DNA from: Octopus sinensis
Taxonomy: Eukaryota
Reading direction: 5' to 3'
Assembly: GCF_006345805.1 (NCBI RefSeq)
Contig: NC_043022.1
Location: 434,001 to 498,000 of the forward strand
Length of the DNA stretch: 64,000 nt
Positions within the stretch are counted from its first letter, which is position 1. Each line of letters opens with the position of its first letter. Made by a program: the position numbers and the translations under genes. Below the pieces are notes generated by a model. It made no database searches. It was not told the DNA's origin and worked only from the letters and a program-made list of their open reading frames with translations. Positions 54,225 to 64,000 of the stretch are shown piece by piece.

Positions 54225-54844
54225 ATATGCACACACGCTACACCACACACACAACTACTTCTCTCTCTCTTCTCTCTGACGCATATATATGTATATATCA
54301 GGTACCGTATTACTATTATCACTCCACCACTCTCTCTCACTATTTCTCTGCCTATATCTGTCTCATTTGTTTCTGTCTGTCTGTTTGTCTGTCTGTCTGT
54401 CCTTCTCTCTCCCTCTCACTCTCTCTCTCTATTGGATATATATATATATATATATATACACCACATATATATATATATATATCTTTCACGCCTTCTATCT
54501 CCCTTTCAGTCATTTTTTCTCTCTCTATCTTTCTCCTTGTGTCATTCATTCCCTCTCTCTCTCTCTCTATTTCTCCTCCTCACTCTCCCGCTCTCCTTCC
54601 TCTCCTTCCTCTCTCTCTCCCTCTCTCTCTCTCTCTCTTGCATATGCATTATTCACCATAGCCATGCCATTGTATACACCCTTGAGTGTTAACCAGTGAC
54701 ATTAAGCTCCATGATCGTCTGCCCTTTCATTCCATGACCATCCCAGAAGAGTCTGGAAGATTGCGAAAATAAAAACAGAGGGTCCTGTCCCTCCCTTATG
54801 AATAATTCATGAAACAGAAATCTATTAAGTATGATTTTTATCAT

Positions 54845-55376
54845 TGCATTTGCGTGTGTGCCGGTGTGTGTGGATGTGTGGTTATATGTGTGTGTGTACC
54901 TGGTGAGCGTGTGTATGTGCATGCGCACGCGTTGTGTTATTTCTGTGTGAGTGTGTGTTAGCTCTTTGTATGTGTGTGTCTGTATGTTGCGTGTGTGTGT
55001 ATGTATGTGTGTGTGTGTGTGAGCACGCGTATGTGTTGCCTACGTTGTGCTGGTGTGTATGTGTGTGTGTTGTGTTTGTGTGAGTGTGTGTGTGTTGATT
55101 GTTTGTGCATTGTGTATGTGTGTGTCTGTATGATGTGTGCATGTGTGTCTGTGTGTGTGTTTGTGTGTTTTTGCGCTTGTGTGTGTGTGTGTGTGTGTTG
55201 TACGCTTTGTGTGTGTGTGGCGTATGTGTGTGCTTGTAGACGAGAACATGTGTTAGTGTAGCTTGATGTATAAGAGTAAGAGAAATGTCTTTGTGTATGT
55301 CCGTCTGTGTGTGTGCGACATTGTGCTGTGGTACATGTGTTTGTGGGTGCAGTGTGTTTGGGTGTTGTGCGTGTGG

Positions 55377-55410
<34 letters not shown>

Positions 55411-55594
55411 CGTGTGTGTTTGTGCGTGTGTGCATCTGTACACACATGTGAGAATGTGAACGTGCGAAGGGGAAGGAGGAGTAGACGGAGAAGGAGAGGG
55501 AGAGGAACAGAAGAGGGAAGAGAGAATGGGAGGTAGGGAGGGAGCGGTAGCAGTAGGTGAGAGAAGGGGCGGGTAATAAAAGAGACAAGAGAAC

Positions 55595-55627
<33 letters not shown>

Positions 55628-55800
55628 GACAGACAGACAGAAAGTGAGAGAGAGAGAGAGCAAGTGAGAGAGTGCACGTGTGTGTATGTGTGTGTCTATG
55701 TCTGTATATGTGCGTGCGTGTGTGTGTCTCTAAGTGTGTCTATGTGCGTGCGTATGTTGGTGCGTGTGTGTGTGTGTGTCTATGTGCGTGTGTTTTGTGT
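54845..55800. repeat. degenerate (GT)-rich / (GA)-rich tract
   Basis: Directly visible. Confidence 0.85.
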
Positions 55801-56491
55801 AAATCCATGCGTGCCAGAGAAGCTGAAAGTGCAGGAGGCATCCATGAATCCACAAGAGGATGACTTAATTGTTCAGAAGCAGGGATGTCTTTTGACAGAA
55901 TAAACTATTGTGAAATGGACATCGGTCACGTGTTGATTCACGTGACACATTACGGTCAACCAACTGTTGTGGGTTCGATTGTTTAGCCCCAGGACGGCTC
56001 TGAGTAGGTAAACCTATGATCAAAGACATTCCAATCATGACAACTGTCTTTATCCCAGGCATAGTGCCTCTCGTATGCTCATCCGTCGGAGTAACAAGGA
56101 CCATGTAGTTATGGTGGGGTTGGGCTTGAAGTTGGGCTTTGTGGGTGCCTTGGAGATTGACCAGGCCAAGCCGCACTCGGAAGGTTCTCTGGCAGCGTGA
56201 ACAGGGAATGGTGGGAGCATTTGGAGATTTGTTAGTGCTAGTTTTCCTGTCCTATCTTCGATGCTCAATCGCAGTCACCTGGTTGGCTTGGCGGGTTTGT
56301 ACCTCCCTTGCAATCATCTCATCCCCACTTACTTCTTTCCTGAGTTACCTACTCTCATGTAACATGGTTCGATGCTGAAAGCCTTTAAAGAAGCTTTCAT
56401 CGTGTCTTTGAAGCACATTTTCTTGCTTCCCTGGAAGCATTACTTTCATGCATTTCTTTCTTCGGATGCCGGGGGTCAGATATACAAACTA

Positions 56492-56714
56492 CGAGGGGGG
56501 GGGGCAGAAAAGCTCGTAGCCTTGAGTAAAAGAAAATACTGGATGAGGATCAGTTAATTCTGCTTTTATTCAACATATTCTCCTCTTAGATTCACACACT
56601 TATTGCAGAGGTCTTTCAGCTTTCCTAAGTCCTGTAAAAGAATTTAGAAGGTTGGTCCTCCCACCAGGCCTTTCGTGATGCCCTTAAAGCCAGTAACTTT
56701 TCAGCACTCACCCG
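56492..56714 (-). mobile_element. mariner-derived MITE, copy 1
   Basis: TA-CGAGGGGGG..GAAAAG..(C)TTTTCAGCACTCACCCG-TA; reverse complement of the 41434 family. Confidence 0.85.
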
Positions 56715-56724
56715 TATACACACA

Positions 56725-56933
56725 CGAGAGGATGCTAAAAAGGTCCTGACTTTGGGTAAAAGGGCCATCAGTTAATTATAATTTTATTCAGCATATTCTC
56801 CCCTCAGATTTACACATTTATTGCAGCAGTCCTTAAGTTTTTCTAAGCCCTGTAAAAGAACTCGGAAGGTTGGGCCTCCCGCCAGGCCTTTCATGAAACC
56901 CTTAAACCCAGGAACTTTTCAGCATCCCCCTCG
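56725..56933 (-). mobile_element. mariner-derived MITE, copy 2 (tandem)
   Basis: CGAGAGGATGCTAAAAAGGTCC ... GGAACTTTTCAGCATCCCCCTCG TIRs. Confidence 0.85.
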
Positions 56934-57371
56934 AACACGGCCTGTCAAGCGAAACCATAATCGCATCAGGGTGGTGTAGATGCTGGACACACTAGCACCC
57001 GTGATCACCTCAGTGTCTGGGATTTTGTTTTGCCACCTTGTACCAAGAAGTTTTCTGAGGCACATGGCATAGAAGTCGTTCAATTTATTTGCAGTTAGGG
57101 CCATGTTATCCGATGCGCCCTTGATTTCTTTGGAACACAGTATGACGTGATTTGAGGGAAATTTAAGTACTATTTTTAGCTGATCGAACGTTACGGGTTC
57201 CATGGTTAGCTCTTGCCGTTGTTGTTGTGGCTTATTGCCTATTTTTATTTATTTATTACTTACTTGATGCGGAGGAAAGGACAATACCCATAACCCTTGC
57301 AACACCCTAACCACTAGAGCAGTGGTTCTCAACCCTTCTATTTAAATGACCGTTTTTAATATGCTTATCCT

Positions 57372-57422
<51 letters not shown>

Positions 57423-57873
57423 CTATTTAACCGAGAATGTGTGTATGTGTCTGTCTGCAGCCCTAAAACTCGAGAAATACCCAACCGATTTCATTCAACT
57501 TTTACCACATGCACCACGTAGGGTCCATGGAGTGTCATGGGCGAAAAGAATTTTCAAATTATTGCCTAATGCGAGCCCGGAGCAATCTCTTACGCTGTTT
57601 CGGTATTACGTGTTAAAAGTGAAACAATAACATCTCTATTGTAATGTGAGATAATAATGTCACTATTAATACTTTCACTATGTATATAATATATACATAG
57701 TGAAACTATTATCTCACATTACGTATATACAGAGCGTAAGGAAACGGGAAGATACCACAAAGCATTTTCTGCTACCCAAACGACTCTGCCAATTCGGCGT
57801 TGATGATGATGATGACGATGATGACGACGACGACTACGACGATGATGATGATAATAATAAAATAATAATGATA

Positions 57874-57930
<57 letters not shown>

Positions 57931-58429
57931 AAATATTAGGAACCGAACTATGGCTAAATCAATAGGAAAATGCGTAGGAATACCGTCAAACTGCATTTTG
58001 CGAAACCTGCTGTAAGTGGATGAACAAAAGGTATTACGTCAACGGAAGCATTTACTGCAGAACTGTTGTAATCGTATTTGGTAGCTGGGTTGTTGTATGA
58101 AGGAGCATAAAATACACACATTTTTGTGCAGCATTCGTTCTATATATCTTTTAGTTTACTGCAAACCAAATAAAATTAAAACAAACAAAAAATCATGTCG
58201 CCGTTGCAATTGGATTAGAGTTAATGGTAGTCACATAACGCGTTTTGTTAACTGATAACGTGGTGTGTTTTTGTGGTTTTTCACACTTTCTTTTAACCAG
58301 TTATGTACGTATGTAGAGACAGAGAGAGAGAGGGAGAGAGAGAGAAAAAGAAAGAATTAAAGAGATGAGCGAAGGGAATGGGAAACAAACTGTGCTTTAG
58401 AACAATACCAGAACAAATTCACACCCTGT

Positions 58430-58900
58430 ATAACACAAATCAGACATGGTATATACCATAAAACCTAGAATTTACTCTAGCGAGTGGATGAATACGCCAT
58501 TAAAAATGATTTCATGAGACAGAACATAGCATATATCGCCTCCAACCACAAAATAACAGAATATATTATTGAAAAAATACAAACCCCATTCAAAATAACA
58601 GCATTCTCATCGATATGAAACCACACATTATTGGCGACAGAACGTTCTTTTGTCACTGAATGTAATATAGAAATTTTGGAATTTCATTGGATACACAAAA
58701 GTTATAAAGTCCATAACTCAGACTGTCAGATCGGGCACACAACAGCGACACTTTGTCATTGATTAACCATGCATTTACAGCAAGAAGCACGTTATGACGC
58801 AAAACAGGAAACAAGTATAGATACCGCAACATCAATCAATAACATTCGTCGTCATCTATCGTATATTGTTTTCAAATCGTTGATGATATTACAACGAAAG
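58430..58900 (+). mobile_element. decayed Penelope-like element (GIY-YIG region)
   Basis: QIGHTTATLCH*LTMHLQ resembles the PLE YIGxTTTTLSRRLTMH motif. Confidence 0.5.
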
Positions 58901-58959
58901 TTTTCTCGATTAAGCGCAGGTTCTCCCAACTGGATGAAGCGCCAGCTTTTCCCATCGAA

Positions 58960-59195
58960 TGGAGCCATAGAGTTACTTTGTTCTGTTTTTCCCATAGTGT
59001 TTTCTTGGCAAGGATTTTGGGGTGGTGTGCCATTGCCTTCTCCAACCGGATGGCCATTAGCCCTCAAGGAGCTCATCCGTCCTTTGACAGGTTTGTTTTT
59101 AGTCCTGCTGGATGTCCAGACACCTTCCTCGCATGAGTAGCAAGCTACTCAGGTGGGATAGCCTGTTTAGTCGCCCCACCACTCGACCATGGAAC
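58960..59195 (-). mobile_element. RTE-clade LINE 5' region
   Basis: GGAGAAGGCAATGGCACACCACCCCAAAATCCTTGCCAAGAAAACACTATGG resembles the BovB/Bov-A motif GGAGAAGGAAATGGCAACCCACTCCAGTATTCTTGCCTGGAGAATCCCATGG (recalled consensus). Confidence 0.6.
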
Positions 59196-59541
59196 AGGTA
59201 GTTCTGACTTATATATATACATCAGGAACACTACTATCCTAGACAACAAAATGAAGGTTCCGTATCTTCTTGCTGGACAACCTGCACAGATGATTTGCTT
59301 TTAGCGATCCAAATGTATGTGCTGTACCCAAGCTCGCTCCCTCCGTTAAATCGATGTTGCCTGAACAGGTGCACAAGTGCGGCACGCGTCAGGTGTTGAA
59401 GGGATTACATAGCAACGTGTTTTACTGCAGAACGCAGCACACTACCCGTTCCAGGAATCGAAAGCACGATCCTGCGATCGTGCATGCAAAACCCTAACTA
59501 CCTAGCCACATGACTTCTCTATCTGTTTGTCTGTCTGTCTA

Positions 59542-59615
<74 letters not shown>

Positions 59616-59873
59616 CACACATACATATGTATGCGTGCGTATACATAGATAGATACATACATATATATATATATGTATGTGTATATATGTGTGTGTACAT
59701 ACATACACACATACACTCACATACATACATACACACACACATACATACATACATGCATACATACACACACACATATACATACATACACACACACATACAT
59801 ACACACACATACATACATACGCACACACATATACATACATACACATACATACATACATACATACATACATACA

Positions 59874-59905
<32 letters not shown>

Positions 59906-60862
59906 GGACATGCACTATACACACACACACACACACACACAAGTGAAATCCTATTCCGGAATGTTTATTTCATAATCATTCTAATTACGGCTGATATCTG
60001 AAATGATATTTAAATTTATTTAAATTTTGTTTAAATTATCACAATGAATCGCCCGTTTATGCGATTTGGCAACATCTCAATGCTTGATTTGCCTTCTGAA
60101 ATCTTTCATTAAAAACACGTTATATTATATTGTTTTGTGTTAATGATAACAATGATAATAATAAAATTAATAGTATAATATTATTGCTATTATTATATTA
60201 TATAGCTTAGTAAATGTCCATTAATATATTTATTGTAGATATGCCCTTCCTTCAATTTAATATGGTGCTATCTTCTTTCCACTCAGCATTTTTTGTGATT
60301 CTTTTGTAAAAACTATGATTTGCTCGATTCTTTCTTTCTTTTCTTTTGTTTTTTTTTCTGTGGAAACATTGAGTAAATTTGATATTAATACTTTTTTTTC
60401 CTCTCAGTGAATCTCATTTCCATTGTTAATGAATGTGACGTATTTACTTTGCGAATAAAAACGCTTTATAATGTTTTGCGATGTGTAATTCTGCAAGTGC
60501 AAAAGTTGTACGATGTTTAACGATGCATTTACTCCGTGGATAAAAAAATAAGAAAAATAAAAAAGCATGGCCTTAAATTTAGCGACAGTGGTTTTGTCAT
60601 GACAATGGATTTACCGATCACGTTTTAGCGGTGAAATTACTTTGCAAGGAAAATATCAGGCGTTGAAATTACTGATGAGTTATTTATTGCAATATAAATT
60701 AATTGTGATGAATTTATAAAGATAAATCTACAAGACACAATTCTGTGAGTATATAACGTTTGGTTTATAGGAACTGGAGTCAGTGTTAGAATACAGAAGG
60801 ATGAGAAGGGATTTCATTGGTTGAATTATGTGACTTGGTCTTGGTCAGCACTATTGTGCCTC

Positions 60863-61560
60863 GGTTCGAGATAAGCTCTTTTGACATGGGTGTGCGCCTT
60901 CGCAGGTTTGTGCAAAATGTGAGCAGGACTGTAAAACTGTCCTGCACGCGATTATGCAATGCCCCAAGGTGACTGAGCTCTGGGCTTATGTCGAACACCT
61001 GCTGTCGCATTCGAGAAGAGTACAACTGTCAAGTGAATCTGTAATTAAGATCGTTCCGCCGACCTCCCTGAATAGGGAGGGGCGAGCCTGTTTTCTCTCG
61101 GTAGTTGCTGTGGCGAAAGAGGCAGTATGGAAGACGAGAGTGAAAGGAATTGCAACAGGCATGTTTATCTCCAGTCTCGAGCTAATCGACTTTTTCGTTT
61201 TCCACATGAAACGGAAAATAAGGCTGGAGAAGAAATGCCTGTCGCAAAGTGTGTTTCGTAAAAGATGGAAGTCTATAGCAAGTATGTTGCGAGTGAAAGA
61301 ACCTGTTTGAACGAGAATATAAAAAGGAGAAAGCAAAGTCTTCAGTGTGAGTATGTGGTTTGTGGGGTCGACCGCGTCCTCCGCTTCATTTTTTTGTTAA
61401 TCACTCATTCTCATTTAATTGTATATATTTTAATTGTTTGTTTATTCATACGTTTCGTCTCATTCAATACCCTGACCCCAATGTTTGTTTCGTCTGTCCT
61501 CGTATCGTCCCCTCTTTTTCTCAACCTCATGGTTAATAAAGAAATTGTCTGGTTTTCTTT
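60863..61560 (+). mobile_element. Tx1/L1-group LINE 3' fragment (zf-RVT knuckle and C-terminus)
   Basis: VRDKL..HG..CAKCEQDCKTVLHAIMQCPKVTELWAYVE..AVAKEAVWKTR..FRKRW; ORF 60954-61310 is intact. Confidence 0.75.
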
Positions 61561-61931
61561 CAATGCATAGCACTGTGCTACTGGTTGCTTCTGCACGTAG
61601 TAACTTTTATCACTGAAATATCACATGCAACAGAATGTTGACTAACTGATGCCAACATCTTGATTGCCCTCCGCAGAAAGTACTAATGACGTTCTAGGTA
61701 GCTAAATTATCTATGGGACCTAAACTGACCAATAGAAGCCTGCATGCTCTCATCTAGAAGCAATTTTAAATTTACTTTAAATTCTCACCATCCTGACTCC
61801 GAACATCTGATGTGGGGACGTGTTTTGCGACCACGAAACTTTCAGCATCATGGATCTGAGTTAGCCTGCTGTTGATTACACACAACTCAAACTAAATGTA
61901 TAATATATTTCGCAGCAACAATAAATGCATA

Positions 61932-62187
61932 ATTTTAATAATGCGCCCTTTTTAAAGCCTAGCCAGACTCATGGGCCCGGTTTCCTGGTTTCTATGGCGT
62001 ATGGGTTCCCCAGCTGGACAGGACGCCAGTCCATCGCAGCGTTCTCATTTTTGCCAGCTGAGTGGACTGGAGCAACATGAAATGAAGTGTTTTGCTCAAG
62101 AACACAATGCGTCGCCCAGTCCAGGAATCGAAACCACAATCTTACGTTTATGATGCTGACACCCTAACCACTAAGCCACGCGCCTCC
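61932..62187 (-). mobile_element. tRNA-derived SINE, family D, with a 14-bp target-site duplication
   Basis: Head GGAGGCGCGTGGCTTAGTGGTTAGGGTGTCAG..GGTTTCGATTCC. ACAATAAATGCATA flanks both sides (61918-61931 and 62188-62201). Confidence 0.9.
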
Positions 62188-62319
62188 ACAATAAATGCAT
62201 ATTTATAAAATATATTGTATGTTGCTACCTTGTAGACCATAACTTGGGGATACTTTTGTGATGCTATGAATATGTAGGTTTATATATATATGTATATATA
62301 AATACATACATCATTTATC

Positions 62320-62668
62320 ATCATTGTTCGACCGTGGTCGAGACAATGGAATTTACCATGTTGCGCCAGACTTCACGGTCCATCATAGCATTACGGAGGT
62401 CCTGTTGCTGGATGCCTGTATCCCTGGAGATTACATCAGGGTAGGAGAGTGTGCGCCCTCTGGTGTTGCGAGTAGATGGCTTCCAGAGGAGAAGAGTAGA
62501 AATTACTTCTTTTTCAGCTCTACAACAATGTCCAGCAAACTGGACTCTCCTACCCTTCACAAGAGATGACACAGGTGGTAATTTCCCATATACTTGCATT
62601 TTAGTTGGATGGCGCCTCCACGAGAGATTTTGAGCTCTCATAAGGAGGCGAGTGTAGGTTCCATCCAA

Positions 62669-62670
<2 letters not shown>
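62320..62670 (-). mobile_element. 5'-truncated RTE-clade LINE 3' end inserted in (TA)n
   Basis: Intact 115-codon DGTYTRLLMRAQNLSWRRHPT..RRVQFAGHCCRA..LLLWKP..RGRTLSYPDVI..AMMDREVWR followed by a (TGA)-type tail. Confidence 0.88.
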
Positions 62671-62715
<45 letters not shown>

Positions 62716-62978
62716 TATATATAATTATATATATATATATATAATGTAGAGTATATTAAAGTATAGACAACGTCTCTACACTGCAAGTATTTTGTATATT
62801 ATGTACCCAGAATGATGTCTCGGTTACAAAAAAGAAACTATATATTTTATTTATGAAGGAAGAGAAAATACTGAAGATTTCCAATTTGGTAAGAGAATAT
62901 GCATTAAATGCTTGAAGTACAGCATTGTCTACATATTAACACATCACACACGTATATATATATATATATTATATATAT

Positions 62979-63064
<86 letters not shown>

Positions 63065-63550
63065 GTTATGGGTGTGTTCGTGTGGGTGTAGGCATACAAA
63101 CACACTGACATTGGCAGAGTCGTCCGATACATAAAATGTCGAGGTGATATACATACGTGCCTTGACAGAGATCTACGAGTTCATTATCACTTTTCTTGAG
63201 ATTCCATGTGAAGAAACGTCTCTCACTAAAGTTTTTTTTCTGTAAGGAGAACTCTACACAGAGTAAGTCAATACACGCCAGTTGCATTTAGTTGTAGAAT
63301 CATGGAATGGGATTTCACCTGAATATGAATATTTTTGAATGTCATAAATTGAAGATTTATGCAGTCACTTTCTTGGTTTCACATGAATATCGATTTTATT
63401 TCTGGTTTTAATAATGAAACCGAAATGGTCTTGCAGAACTTTTGTAGAACATATTTTGTGCCATATATACTTATGCAGAAATATCTACCTCTGTATCTAT
63501 CTATTGATGTCTTTCTATCGATCTGTCTGTCTGTCTATCTATATCTCTCT

Positions 63551-63607
<57 letters not shown>

Positions 63608-63618
63608 TACATATATAC

Positions 63619-63667
<49 letters not shown>

Positions 63668-63731
63668 TATATATTATATATATATATATATATATAATAA
63701 TATACATATTACATATATATATACACACACA

Positions 63732-63768
<37 letters not shown>

Positions 63769-64000
63769 CATACAATATATATATGTGTGTGTGTGTGTGG
63801 TGTGTGTGTATCTGTGTGTGGTACACTTTTGTTTATATGTCAAGTTATAATAGATACAATGTAACGAATGTTTCAGTTAATCTGTCATCGGGGACAGCAG
63901 ATCATCAGGAGGGGGGGAGATGTTATCTGTAAAAACCAGATACACTTATTACAAGCTCATACACACACACACACGTATATATGATGATTTCCCTTCGCAA

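Larger units (their letters stand above)
56085..57140 (-). mobile_element. RTE (BovB-like) LINE 3' region, interrupted by two MITEs
   Basis: 56934-57140: LNDFYAMCLRKLLGTRWQNKIPDTEV..TGRV. 56085-56489 continues DPRHPK..CFKDTMKASLKAFSI..TIPCSRCQRTFRVRLGL. Confidence 0.85.

Noticed and set aside
63169-63262. Plus-strand exon ending in a strong gtaagt donor
   Set aside because: The frame is open only if one T is removed from a homopolymer; unsupported without reads.

Overview
AT-rich, repeat-saturated eukaryotic DNA. The SINE and microsatellite landscape resembles an octopus (coleoid cephalopod) genome; this is an inference from recalled repeat families, not a database match. Nearly all ORFs in the supplied track are translations of microsatellites. 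Recognisable content: (i) three different 5'-truncated RLE-type (R4/Dong-like) non-LTR retrotransposons stacked in (TAA)n tracts at 3.9-8.0 kb, followed by a 1.7-kb (TAA)n/TTGAAAAA compound satellite; (ii) decayed RTE/BovB-like, CR1/L2-like, Tx1-like and Penelope-like fragments; (iii) a full-length but dead mariner, mariner-derived MITEs and other Tc1/mariner ends; (iv) many copies of 3-4 tRNA-derived SINE families; (v) minimal type-I hammerhead ribozyme motifs of the Penelope-element type, plus two near-perfect fold-back palindromes whose centres resemble hammerhead stem III and the cleavage site; (vi) one plausible spliced host-gene 3' end on the minus strand (26512-25257) encoding about 165 aa that I cannot assign to a family. 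No rRNA, genuine tRNA gene, CRISPR array or confidently identifiable host gene was found.
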